A stretch of DNA of 60,461 bases, filler included, from Nemertoderma westbladi (taxonomy: Eukaryota > Animalia > Xenacoelomorpha), in assembly GCA_032718475.1 (NCBI GenBank). It is 2 parts of 2 records of this genome, joined end to end, with 100 filler letters (N's around TTAATTAATTAA, not from the genome) between each part and the next. Parts side by side here need not be neighbours in the genome. Positions count along the whole stretch, not along the records: positions 1 to 28,926 come from JAUCBJ010005797.1; positions 29,027 to 60,461 come from JAUCBJ010000685.1. The stretch is one strand, 5' to 3'. How positions within the stretch are numbered: the stretch's first letter is position 1; every line of letters begins with the position of its first letter. This document shows positions 24,027-36,137 of this stretch, in pieces. Both the position numbers and the translations under genes were made by a program. Under the pieces are notes generated by a model. The model was not told the DNA's origin and searched no databases. It saw only the letters and a program-made list of their open reading frames with translations.

Positions 24027-27000
24027 GTGAGTGGGGCGGCAATAAGGCGGATATGGGATTCAATGTGAGTAGGGCGGCAATAAGGCGGATATGGGATTCA
24101 ATGTGAGTAGGGTGGTAGGAAGGCGGATATAGGATTCAATGTGAGTAGGGTGGTAAGAAGGCGGATATGGGATTCAATGTGAGTAGGGCGGCAAGAAGGC
24201 CGATATGGGATTCAATGTGAGTAGGGTGGTAAGAAGGCGGATATGGGATTCAATGTGAATGGGGCGGCAAGAAGGCGGATATGGGATTCAATGTGAGTAG
24301 GATGGTAAGAAGGTGGATATGGGATGCAATGTGAGTAGGGTGGTAAGAAGGCGGATATGGGATTCAATGTGAGTAGGGCGGCAAGAAGGCGGATATGGGA
24401 TTCAATGTGAGTAGGATGGTAAGAAGGTGGATATGGGATTCAATGTGAGTAGGGCGGCAAGAAGGCCGATATGGGATTCAATGTGAGTAGGGTGGTAAGA
24501 AGGCGGATATGGGATTCAATGTGAATGGGGCGGCAAGAAGGCGGATATGGGATTCAATGTGAGTAGGATGGTAAGAAGGTGGATATGGGATTCAATGTGA
24601 GTAGGGCGGCAAGAAGGCCGATATGGGATTCAATGTGAGTAGGGTGGTAAGAAGGCGGATATGGGATTCAATGTGAATGGGGCGGCAAGAAGGCGGATAT
24701 GGGATTCAATGTGAGTAGGGTGGTAAGAAGGCGGATATGGGATTCAATGTGAATGGGGTGGTAAGAAGGCGGATATGGGATTCAATGTGAGTAGGGTGGT
24801 AGGAAGGCGGATATGGGATTCAATGTGAGTAGGGTGGTAAGAAGGCGGATATGGGATTCAATGTGAATGGGGCGGCAAGAAGGCGGATATGGGATTCAAT
24901 GTGAGTAGGATGGTAAGAAGGTGGATATGGGATGCAATGTGAGTAGGGTGGTAAGAAGGCGGATATGGGATTCAATGTGAGTAGGATGGTAAGAAGGTGG
25001 ATATGGGATTCAATGTGAGTAGGGCGGCAAGAAGGCCGATATGGGATTCAATGTGAGTAGGGTGGTAAGAAGGCGGATATGGGATTCAATGTGAATGGGG
25101 CGGCAAGAAGGCGGATATGGGATTCAATGTGAGTAGGATGGTAAGAAGGTGGATATGGGATGCAATGTGAGTAGGGTGGTAAGAAGGCGGATATGGGATT
25201 CAATGTGAGTAGGGCGGCAAGAAGGCGGATATGGGATTCAATGTGAGTAGGATGGTAAGAAGGCGGATATGGGATTCAATGTGAGTAGGGCGGCAAGAAG
25301 GCGGATATGGGATTCAATGTGAATGGGGTGGTAAGAAGGCGGATATGGGATTCAATGTGAATGGGGTGGTAAGAAGGCGGATATGGGATTCAATGTGAGT
25401 AGGGCGGCAAGAAGGCGGATATGGGATTCAATGTGAGTAGGGTGGTAAGAAGGCGGATATGGGATTCAATGTGAGTAGGGCGGCAATAAGGCGGATATGG
25501 GATTCAATGTGAGTAGGGTGGTAGGAAGGCGGATATAGGATTCAATGTGAGTAGGGTGGTAAGAAGGCGGATATGGGATTCAATGTGAGTAGGGCGGCAA
25601 GAAGGCCGATATGGGATTCAATGTGAGTAGGGTGGTAAGAAGGCGGATATGGGATTCAATGTGAATGGGGCGGCAAGAAGGCGGATATGGGATTCAATGT
25701 CAGTAGGATGGTAAGAAGGTGGATATGGGATGCAATGTGAGTAGGGTGGTAAGAAGGCGGATATGGGATTCAATGTGAGTAGGGCGGCAAGAAGGCGGAT
25801 ATGGGATTCAATGTGAGTAGGATGGTAAGAAGGTGGATATGGGATTCAATGTGAGTAGGGCGGCAAGAAGGCCGATATGGGATTCAATGTGAGTAGGGTG
25901 GTAAGAAGGCGGATATGGGATTCAATGTGAATGGGGCGGCAAGAAGGCGGATATGGGATTCAATGTGAGTAGGATGGTAAGAAGGTGGATATGGGATTCA
26001 ATGTGAGTGGGGGCAAGAAGGCGATATGGGATTCAATGTGAGTGGGTGGTAAGAAGGCGGATATGGGATTCAATGTGAATGGGGCGGCAAGAAGGCGGAT
26101 ATGGGATTCAATGTGAGTAGGGTGGTAAGAAGGCGGATATGGGATTCAATGTGAATGGGGTGGTAAGAAGGCGGATATGGGATTCAATGTGAGTAGGGTG
26201 GTAGGAAGGCGGATATGGGATTCAATGTGAGTAGGGTGGTAAGAAGGCGGATATGGGATTCAATGTGAATGGGGCGGCAAGAAGGCGGATATGGGATTCA
26301 ATGTGAGTAGGATGGTAAGAAGGTGGATATGGGATGCAATGTGAGTAGGGTGGTAAGAAGGCGGATATGGGATTCAATGTGAGTAGGATGGTAAGAAGGT
26401 GGATATGGGATTCAATGTGAGTAGGGCGGCAAGAAGGCGGATATGGGATTCAATGTGAGTAGGGCGGCAAGAAGGCGGATATGGGATTCAATGTGAGTGG
26501 GGCGGCAAGAAGGCGGATATGGGATTCAATGTGAGTAGGATGGTAAGAAGGTGGATATGGGATTCAATGTGAGTAGGGTGGTAAGAAGGCGGATATGGGA
26601 TTCAATGTGAGTAGGGCGGCAAGAAGGCGGATATGGGATTCAATGTGAGTAGGGTGGTAAGAAGGCGGATATGGGATTCAATGTGAGTAGGGCGGCAAGA
26701 AGGCGGATATGGGATTCAATGTGAGTGGGGTGGTAAGAAGGCGGATATGGGATTCAATGTGAGTGGGGCGGCAAGAAGGCGGATATGGGATTCAATGTGA
26801 GTGGGGCGGCAAGAAGGCGGATATGGGATTCAATGTGAGTGGGGTGGTAAGAAGGCGGATATGGGATTCAATGTGAGTAGGGCGGCAAGAAGGCGGATAT
26901 GGGATTCAATGTGAGTGGGGCGGCAAGAAGGCGGATATGGGATTCAATGTGAGTAGGATGGTAAGAAGGCGGATATGGGATTCAATGTGAGTAGGGCGGC

Positions 27001-27499
27001 AAGAAGGCGGATATGGGATTCAATGTGAGTAGGGCGGCAAGAAGGCGGATATGGGATTCAATGTGAGTGGGGCGGCAAGAAGGCGGATATGGGATTCAAT
27101 GTGAGTGGGGCGGCAAGAAGGCGGATATGGGATTCAATGTGAATGGGGTGGTAAGAAGGCGGATATGGGATTCAATGTGAGTAGGGCGGCAAGAAGGCGG
27201 ATATGGGATTCAATGTGAGTGGGGTGGTAAGAAGGCGGATATGGGATTCAATGTGAGTAGGGCGGCAAGAAGGCGGATATGGGATTCAATGTGAGTGGGG
27301 CGGCAAGAAGGCGGATATGGGATTCAATGTGAGTGGGGCGGCAAGAAGGCGGATATGGGATTCAATGTGAGTGGGGTGGTAAGAAGGCGGATATGGGATT
27401 CAATGTGAGTAGGGCGGCAAGAAGGCGGATATGGGATTCAATGTGAATGGGGTGGTAAGAAGGCGGATATGGGATTCAATGTGAGTAGGGCGGCAAGAA
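23996..27499 (+). repeat. 37-bp tandem array (~94 units) built from exon B tail plus splice donor
   Basis: Unit GGTGGTAAGAAGGCGGATATGGGATTCAAT|GTGAGTA(G) with recurring variants (GGCGGCAAG, GTGAAT, GATGGT). Confidence 0.97.
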
Positions 27500-27517
27500 C
27501 GTGTGTACAGGAATGAG

Positions 27518-28926
27518 GAAGTGAGGGAAGTGAGGGAAGTGAGGGAAGTGAGGGAGTGAGGCAGTGAGGGAAGTGAGGGAAGTGAGGGAAGTGAGGGAAG
27601 TGAGGGAAGTGAGGCAGTGAGGCAGTGAGGGAAGTGAGGGAAGTGAGGGAAGTGAGGGAAGTGAGGGAAGTGAGGCAGTGAGGCAGTGAGGGAAGTGAGG
27701 GAAGTGAGGGAGTGAGGCAGTGAGGGAAGTGAGGGAAGTGAGGCAGTGAGGGAAGTGAGGGAAGTGAGGGAAGTGAGGGAAGTGAGGGAAGTGAGGGAAG
27801 TGAGGGAGTGAGGGAAGTGAGGGAAGTGAGGGAAGTGAGGGAAGTGAGGGAAGTGAGGGAAGTGAGGGAAGTGAGGGAGTGAGGGCAGTGAGGGAAGTGA
27901 GGGAAGTGAGGGAAGTGAGGGAAGTGAGGGAAGTGAGGGAGTGAGGCAGTGAGGGAAGTGAGGGAAGTGAGGCAGTGAGGCAGGGGAAGTGAGGGAAGTG
28001 AGGGAAGTGAGGCAGTGAGGCAGTGAGGGAAGTGAGGGAAGTGAGGGAAGTGAGGGAAGTGAGGGAAGTGAGGGAGTGAGGGAAGTGAGGGAAGTGAGGG
28101 AAGTGAGGGAAGTGAGGGAAGTGAGGGAAGTGAGGGAAGTGAGGGAAGTGAGGGAAGTGAGGGAGTGAGGGAAGTGAGGGAAGTGAGGGAAGTGAGGGAA
28201 GTGAGGGAAGTGAGGGAAGTGAGGGAAGTGAGGGAAGTGAGGGAAGTGAGGGAAGTGAGGGAAGTGAGGGAAGTGAGGGAAGTGAGGGAAGTGAGGGAAG
28301 TGAGGGAGTGAGGGAAGTGAGGGAAGTGAGGGAAGTGAGGGAAGTGAGGCAGTGAGGGAAGTGAGGCAGTGAGGCAGTGAGGGAAGTGAGGGAAGTGAGG
28401 GAAGTGAGGGAAGTGAGGGAAGTGAGGCAGTGAGGGAAGTGAGGGAAGTGAGGCAGTGAGGCAGGGGAAGTGAGGGAAGTGAGGGAAGTGAGGGAAGTGA
28501 GGGAAGTGAGGGAAGTGAGGGAAGTGAGGGAAGTGAGGGAAGTGAGGGAAGTGAGGGAAGTGAGGGAAGTGAGGGAAGTGAGGGAAGTGAGGGAGTGAGG
28601 GAGTGAGGGAAGTGAGGGAAGTGAGGGAAGTGAGGGAAGTGAGGGAAGTGAGGGAAGTGAGGGAAGTGAGGGAAGTGAGGGAAGTGAGGGAAGTGAGGCA
28701 GTGAGGAAGTGAGGGAAGTGAGGGAAGTGAGGGAAGTGAGGGAAGTGAGGGAAGTGAGGGAAGTGAGGGAGTGAGGCAGTGAGGCAGTGAGGGAAGTGAG
28801 GGAAGTGAGGGAAGTGAGGGAAGTGAGGGACAGTGAGGGAAGTGAGGGAAGTGAGGGAAGTGAGGGAAGTGAGGGAAGTGAGGGAAGTGAGGCAGTGAGG
28901 CAGTGAGGGAAGTGAGGGAAGTGAGG
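27518..28926 (+). repeat. 9-bp purine-rich satellite (GTGAGGGAA)n with 8-bp variants, runs into the gap
   Basis: Direct reading; variants GTGAGGCA and GTGAGGGA. Confidence 0.97.
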
Positions 28927-29026
28927 NNNNNNNNNNNNNNNNNNNNNNNNNNNNNNNNNNNNNNNNNNNNTTAATTAATTAANNNNNNNNNNNNNNNNNN
29001 NNNNNNNNNNNNNNNNNNNNNNNNNN
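28927..29026. other. Assembly gap spacer (44 N + TTAATTAATTAA + 44 N)
   Basis: Exactly 100 nt with a six-frame-stop linker; artificial. Confidence 0.97.
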
Positions 29027-29492
29027 ATGATCTGCACGGAGTAACTTTTAAAACTAAACATAATAGAATACTACAATTTTACGGATTTTAAGTTTGTTCC
29101 TTTATTGCATACTCTTAATTGGGGTTAATTCGAACCGTATACAAACTTATATATAACGATATCTATTTGATTAATGTTAATTATAACGTGTCGTCCCTAT
29201 GCTATACTAACCCTACCCAACATTGATTGTATAATCACTGGTGCCATTTTTAAGCTTTATTTTTAGCCAACTATTGACTTATATTTTATTTAATAATTTA
29301 GTAGTGATGTTGATCCTGTTCGTTTACTATGATTTTATAATAGTGTAATCGGCATAATTGTATAATTGTCACAATTTTACTAATAAATGCCAGCTAGCCT
29401 GGTTTGCGCTTATGTGCGCGAGTATAATAATAATATACAGTAGAGTCAAATAAAATTAAAAGGATTTTATAATAATTAATTATGCAACTTGC

Positions 29493-30002
29493 CCTTTTGG
29501 ATTCGTCCATTGAGTTGTTGATGTGTCGAAGAAAGAATGAGGACAATATGGCAACATCATGTTCGTTAGCAGTTTGTATGTTAATTCGAAATTTCTTTTC
29601 ATTTTTCTTCTTGTCTCTAAAGATTGAAAGTCCACCTCCGTTTTCTGCCCCAGGAAATGAACGATCAAAACGATGAGTTTGATATACTGTGATAGGGCCT
29701 TTACGCAATGATAATAACCACTCGACAAAGTTTTTCTTTTCCTTAAATTTGAACATGAAGATTTCCATTCCTCCTTTTACGTTTTGCTGTAAAAACTCAT
29801 CTAAGACTGGTATAAAAGGGAGATCCTCAGATGCGAGATTATATGTCCCTAAATTATACTTTGTCATCAGATCGGGAGAGATTAACCAGATTGATTTACG
29901 TGACAGATTGTTGAGAAGATGTCCACGAATTGCATCATTGCTATATAGTGGTGGAAGAATTAATCCCTCGTCACTATCCTCATTATTTATTGTACATGGC
30001 AT
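29493..30002 (-). CDS. PH-like gene, paralogue 1, exon 1 (downstream exon not seen before the gap)
   Basis: 170 codons paralogous to 38850-39359; same AGG|GCAAGT putative GC donor. Confidence 0.6.
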
Positions 30003-30149
30003 TTTGCATTGAGTATTTTTTAATACAATAATTTACATTTAAATATGATAAAGTCCAGTAGAATCTTCCCTACATACTGTAGAAGAACTAAGAATCAACT
30101 GCATTGTTTCTTTGTTTTCATTTATTTATCCATTTATTTACTACTGTAA

Positions 30150-31423
30150 AACCTGGTTCACAGATACACTCACAGATACGCAGTGACAGCGCGGTGGTTT
30201 TGCGCACATTTTAATGCACTTTGTTTGACTGCATTGCCGTTGTTCACAGTGCTGTTACCAAAAACCAAACATTGTAATTGACCAGCAATGCGATTTCAGA
30301 GCGCTGTCACTGCGCTCTCACCGCACTGTCACTGCGCTCTCACCGCACTGTCACTGCGCTCTCACCGCACTGTCACTGCGCTCTCACCGCACTGTCACTG
30401 CGCTCTCACCGCACTGTCACTGCACTCTTACCGCACTGTCACTGCGCTCTCACCGCACTGTCACTGCGCTCTCACCGCACTGTCACTGCGCTCTCACCGC
30501 ACTGTCACTGCGCTCTCACCGCACTGTCACTGCGCTCTCACCGCACTGTCACTGCGCTCTCACCGCCCTGTCACTGCACTCTTACCGCACTGTCACTGCG
30601 CTCTCACAGCACTGTCACTGCGCTCTCACAGCACTGTCACTGCGCTCTCACCGCACTGTCACTGCGCTCTCACCACACTGTCACTGCGCTCTCATCGCAC
30701 TGTCACTGCGCTCTCATCGCACTGTCACTGCGCTCTCATCGTACTGTCACTGCACTCTTACCGCACTGTCACTGCGCTCTCACAGCACTGTCACTGCGCT
30801 CTCACAGCACTGTCACTGCGCTCTCACCACACTGTCACTGCGCTCTCACAGCACTGTCACTGCGCTCTCACCGCACTGTCACTGCGCTCTCACCACACTG
30901 TCACTGCGCTCTATCGCACTGTCACTGCGCTCTCATCGCACTGTCACTGTGCTCTCATCGCACTGTCACTGCACTCTTACCGCACTGTCACTGCGCTCTC
31001 ACAGCACTGCCACTGCGCTCTCACAGCACTGTCACTGCGCTCTCACCGCACTGTCACTGCGCTCTCATCTTGCTCTAACAGCGCTGTGCTCTCATCATGC
31101 TCTAACAGCGCTGCGCTCTCACTTTGCAGCCACCGCGCTCTCACTGCGCTCTTACCGCACTCACACCACGCTCTCAACGCACTGTAACCGCGCTCTCACC
31201 ATACTCTAACAGCGCTGACACCACGCTCTCACCGCACAGTAACCGCACTCTCGCCATGCTCTAACAGCACTGACACCGCGCTCTCACCGCACTCTCACCA
31301 CGCTGTCACCGCACTCTAACAGCGCTGACACCGCGCTCTCACCGCACTCTCACTGCGCTCTTACTACGCTGTCACCATACTCACACAGCGCTGTCACAAT
31401 GATGTGTATCTGTTAACCGGACT
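30150..31423. mobile_element. PIF/Harbinger-like MITE carrying a 22-bp minisatellite (~30300-31070, decaying to ~31400)
   Basis: TAA|AACCTGGTTCACAGATACAC ... GTGTATCTGTTAACCGGACT|TAA; unit CACTGTCACTGCGCTCTCACCG. Confidence 0.7.
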
Positions 31424-31576
31424 TAAGATTGGTTCGCACTATGTAAACATAAATCATACAGTACCATATAGGAAATCCGTATAGAGAAGTTTTGGAGTTA
31501 GCATCAATTTTTAACCCTAGTTTTAGAACTTTTTTGAGACGTTTTTGAAAATTAAATTTCATGAAATATGATTTGT

Positions 31577-32550
31577 ACTACTACTACTAGGATCGGCATG
31601 CTGCATTGCAGCTGCATTTTTAAAAATGCTGTGCCGGCTTGTCGACAAAATTGCGCCGCCACAACTCCCTATCACCCATGATCACCCACTCAATACTTTA
31701 TTATTTTATCATCTTTACACTATGACATTTGCTAGATCATCCGCATCTTCAAGGCCAGTGTCCTTTAAGATGCGTCTCAAGAAAGTCATGGGATGTCCAC
31801 CATGCTTATTCACTCCATGAGGCTGCCCAAGTACAAGAATATGCACTGGCTGGTTCTCACGGTGCAAGCAATGTCCTGCAAAGCGGAGGCAATTTTGTTC
31901 TAGTGTCAAGCTTGGGGTAACCAATGAGATACCTCCAATGTTATATAGTGTCTGGTTGGGGATGTGTGCATTGTACTTGACACAATGAGCCCGGCGTAGC
32001 ATTCTTGTGAATGTGCCATCCAGAGATTTGGTGTCCTCAGCAGTTAGAGCCCAGCATGGGCTCCCATAGAGGAGTACTGGAACTACTGCTGCTCTAAATA
32101 ATCGGACCTTAAGTTTCCGATTAATTCTCGGTGACTTCCAAATCCTGGAAAGCCTATTCAGGCTGCCCATGCCTTTCCCTTACGTATTCGAAAGTCCTCA
32201 ACTGACTTCCGGATCCATGATCCCAGGTAACAGAAGTCGTCCACATGCTCAAGCATACCATCCTTTGAGCTTATGCTCCTCCGATTAGAAACTTGCTGAG
32301 GACTTTAAAAGTTAACTGTCAAAATTTTGGTCATTCTGGAGTTAATAAAAAGACCAACACTAGAAGCAGCATGTTCTAATGAGCTGAGGAGCCGTTGGGC
32401 TCCCTCTAGTAATTCTGAGAGTACTCCTAAGTCATCAGCAAAGTCTAGATCAGTTAGGTACTTGGCAGGATTTCCTCGACTTCTGGAGCCAGTAGGTGGG
32501 GTTATCATCACCCCATCATCATTATGATGATCTAAGGACATACGTAGAAC
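31577..32550 (-). mobile_element. RTE-clade LINE (second family), truncated, (TAG)n tail
   Basis: 'LTDLDFADDL', 'KVRLFRAAVVPVLLYGS..W', 'LRFAGHC'; TACTACTACTAC at 31577. Confidence 0.85.
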
Positions 32551-33544
32551 ATGATTTGTAACATCTCTATTTATACCGGTTTTTTAGTGTTTGCTATTAG
32601 ATGGAATTCATATGAATATGCTAGAAATTTCAAACATGTTTTTTCGGCGGGTGCCAAATTTTGAAATATGTCAATTTTGTATATTGATTGTTTGAACCTG
32701 TTTTTTGCGCAATAGGGGATTTTGGCGTTCAGGTTTCGATGAAATATATACGAATTGCACCAGGCATGTCAAATCGGTGCTGTGTGGAAAATATGGTGCC
32801 AGCACAAAATTTTGAAAATCCATTCAATAGTTTACAGTAATTGACTGGGATAAATTATTTCTCGCATTTTAGAGGTTTATGGAGGTTCTGAACTCAATGG
32901 AATAAATAATTATCTAACTAGACCTCTCAAACTTGTATTTTTCGGAAGTGGGTGCAAAATTGGTGCTAGCACCAAATTGTGAAACCCATCAAATATATAA
33001 ATTGATTGTTTCACCTTGTTTATGGTGTTATACGGGTTTATGAGGGTCCTGAATCCGATGGAATCAATAAAAACAGCGCCATAAGCTCTAAATATAACGT
33101 CATGCAATCTACTAGAACAAAGCTTCACTGTCTGATCCGTAGCTTGTAATATATTAATAAAGGCAGACAAGACAAAAACCTAAAACCGAGTATCGGTATG
33201 CACTGCATTGTTCGGAATACAGGAATGAATGAATACCCAAATACCCTAAATTGGGCCTACATAATCAGCGGTTCCAATCACCATGAACTAACCAAACAAG
33301 TTTATTTTATTAAAACCAAGCATGGTGACGCAGCACTGTACATCTCAAACTATTACCATTTGTTGAATGGTATGACATTTGGTTCCAGCACCAAAATTTG
33401 CCAAATTTCGCCGAAAAATACGAGTAGCAATGATCTGGCAAATTAGAAATGTATTTCATTAGAATCAGCGCCCCAGAAAACCTGAAAATATGAATTTATA
33501 GCATCGTAAAAGTCAATTAAAAATTTTTTGTTCAAACTGAAAAT

Positions 33545-34540
33545 TGCTGGTTACTAGTTTTTATTTCATTTTTTGGTACTTTTTTACTTTACCCCCCACC
33601 ACCACCCAGATTTTTTGCATGTCCATTTTTTGCCGTGCATTTTTTTCTATTGGATGTTGTTCCCCACTACTTCATGAATCCATTGGAAAAAAAAATTGTT
33701 CTAGAACACTAGCTATTATTGCTATTTAGGCATAGTTCTGCAATATCAATGTTTTCACATTTTGTTTTTATAATTAAAAAAAATACTTAGCTAGTAAAAA
33801 AAACTACTAGCTACCTTAATAAATACTATCTTTTAAATGTTCGCAACACTTAACCAATAACAAAAATAACAAAAATACCGTATTTTTGAAATTTCAAAAA
33901 ATACTAGCTAGTAAAAAAAACACTAGCTACCATAAAAAAAATATATCTACTATTAATTGTTCTAGAGATATGTTCTAAAAAAAAAAGCAAAGCAAGCAAA
34001 CAGTCGGCCGAAGCCGGAGGCGACCCGAAGGCTCCTCTTTCGATAGCTTCTACCCGAGGGTAGGGGTGGGCGCTACTCCTATCCCAAGATTTGCTCCCAG
34101 TTATTTAACTGGTACTCATTTTATCGACCCCAGTGGATGAAAGGCTGAGTGGACCCTGGCGGGGCTGAACCTACAACCATTAGATTGCAGGCCCGGCGCT
34201 CAACCAACTGAGCTACCCCGCCTTTCACCTGATATGTTCTAAGAGATATTTAAATACAGTTTTCTAGAATATATAATTCTATAGTAACACCGCAAATAAT
34301 GTCAAATTACCAAATAAACAAATAATATATTTGCTAAAGTAGGTAGCTACAGTATAAACATAGCTAGTAACAATAGATAGTGTTCTAGAACAAAATTTTT
34401 TTCAACAGAGGCAAGTGTTGGGAAACAATATCCAATGACAAAAATTCACAAAATAGTGAGTGGAAAAATCTGTGGGGTATTTAGTGGGGGGGTAAAGTAA
34501 AAAAGTACCCATTTTTTGCCTACGTAGAGGACTAAAACTG
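33545..34540. mobile_element. Foldback MITE (approximate limits) hosting a SINE
   Basis: Inverted arms GTACTTTTTTACTTTACCCCCCA (~33575) / TGGGGGGGTAAAGTAAAAAGTAC (~34485), and ~33690 / ~34370. Confidence 0.55.
33979..34230 (-). mobile_element. Full-length tRNA-derived SINE with conserved central domain and 12-bp TSD
   Basis: Minus-strand head GGCGGGGTAGCTCAGTTGG..GGTTCAGCC (A/B boxes); core CTCAGCCTTTCATCC..GGTCGATAAAATGAGTACC; (TTGC)n/T tail; TSD GATATGTTCTAA at 33967-33978 and 34231-34242. Confidence 0.85.
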
Positions 34541-34554
34541 CCATTTATAGTAAT

Positions 34555-35420
34555 CAGATCTCGGTGTCTGTGATCGTGTCGGTGCCCGGATATCTACTAC
34601 TTCTGCGTCCTTGAAGTGTGAATCCCAGAGCTTCACCCTTTGTGGCCGTCCTCATTGCGTAATCCAGTACAATTAATTACAAATAGTAATGGTGCTAATG
34701 TGTCACCTTGCAGTACTCAAGCCAGGATTGAGAAAAACTCAGTTTCTCCATCTGGAGAGAGTACCTGTGCTTCTGTGTCACAATATAACAATCCAATGCT
34801 TTTTATTTAATGCTTCTTTACAGTTCTGCAGTTGTGAAGTCCTCTGTTTCTATAGGTAGTGTCTTGTCATATATTTTCCTTGTAGGGCTGACCCCTGCTC
34901 TCCGAATTCCTCTTCCGAAAGACCGAAATCATGACTTTTAATGTTAATTGAAACTTGACAACCATTGATAATGATCAACTAAGGAAGGTCGTCAACTTCC
35001 AGTACCTAGGATCATGGATAGAGAGTAGCAAAAAGGACATAGAAGTTAGGAAAGCAAAGGCTTGGGTAGCTCTATCAAAAATGGATACCATCTGGAAATC
35101 AAATCTCTCCAGGCACCTGAAGACTAAGTTCTTTCGAGCCACAGTAGAAAGTGTATTTTTATACGGGGGTGGGATCTGGACACTGACTAAATCACTTGAA
35201 CAACGAATTGATGGTTGCTACACAAGACTACTAAGGGCAGCCCTAAACATAAGCTGGAGACAACACATTACAAACGCCGAGCTTTATGGTACAATGCCAC
35301 CTGTTTCAACCACCCTCCGTGAATGCAGATTAAGATTCAGTGGGCACAACTATGGAGAATCGGAAAGCCTGGAAGGATCTCATTTCCACTGTCCGAGTTG
35401 GCTCGACATAATAGTTTAGT
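34555..35420. mobile_element. RTE LINE copy with inverted 5' segment
   Basis: 34555-34890 is the reverse complement of ~51000-51230 plus ~50430-50510; 34918-35420 is collinear with ~51340-51975 (with a deletion). Confidence 0.85.
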
Positions 35421-35760
35421 AGTATGAGCGTTCAATTAATTTTGGATGGTTTTGCAACGACGCAAGGCTATTTTCTTCTAATTAATATAAAGCATCATTC
35501 TTGAATATTTTTTAAATGTATGAATAGCTACGTAATAGTAGATTAAAGATGTAATGCATTGTTGCCCAGCTACGTATTTGGATAAACAAAATATTCCAGA
35601 TTATGATGCATTTATTAAATAGAATATAATAGCCTCGCGCCGGTGCATAACCATGCAACATTTGAACGCCCATATCTCCGCTATTTTTCAACGAAATTCA
35701 AATTGTGTTACATATTTGGAATCTTTCAAAATTAACTTAACTACGTGCCTTATCTCCTAG

Positions 35761-35958
35761 TGCGGCGTCCTTCCTCTACAAAAAATCACCATCTCGCCAC
35801 ATGATCGCCTCGCAGCGGTATTGGGTCGAAGGTCCGACTGAGACGAAGGACCTTTTTCGGACCTTTGTCCCATTCGGAACTTTCGTTCTGGAATCTCTCG
35901 CAGCCAGTTACAACGAACACCAAGTTTCAGTGTACAGTAGTAATGGGGGTCTACCATG
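35761..35958 (+). CDS. Unidentified gene X, internal exon (phase 2 to 2)
   Basis: CTTAAC branch-like site and CTCCTAG acceptor; 198 nt GC-richer, open: AASFLYKKSPSRHMIASQRYWVEGPTETKDLFRTFVPFGTFVLESLAASYNEHQVSVYSSNGGLP; donor ATG|GTATGG. Confidence 0.6.
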
Positions 35959-36137
35959 GTATGGCCATAACTAACCTTCAGTATAACTAACAACTTATAA
36001 AGAAAGTCATGTACTACATTATTTAAAATAATAAATTATATCTTGTATTAATTAAATTTACGTTTTATTCATAGTAATATTTTCAGTTGATCTTGAAATT
36101 ATGTCCAGCATGAATATCAACCTACGTTACGCAAACA

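Noticed and set aside
24027-24034. GTGAGTAG and GTAAAGTAG as real 8-9-nt introns
   Set aside because: Far below any known spliceosomal minimum, and removal would not preserve frame.
23996-27499. CRISPR array (37-bp repeat; likewise the 28-bp repeat at 37031)
   Set aside because: Units are head-to-tail with no spacers, there are no cas genes, and the context is eukaryotic.
27518-28926. Telomeric repeat or chromosome end
   Set aside because: The unit is not TTAGGG-like and follows a genic intron; the end is an assembly gap.
28971-28982. TTAATTAATTAA as a biological motif
   Set aside because: Synthetic six-frame-stop linker centred in N padding.
30278-31209. Cys/His-rich ORFs (metal-binding protein)
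   Set aside because: Translation of a 22-bp minisatellite that is open in several frames inside a MITE.
34150-34225. tRNA gene (also 46710-46781 and 48240-48270)
   Set aside because: Stems are broken and the heads are attached to SINE bodies; one has a TSD.
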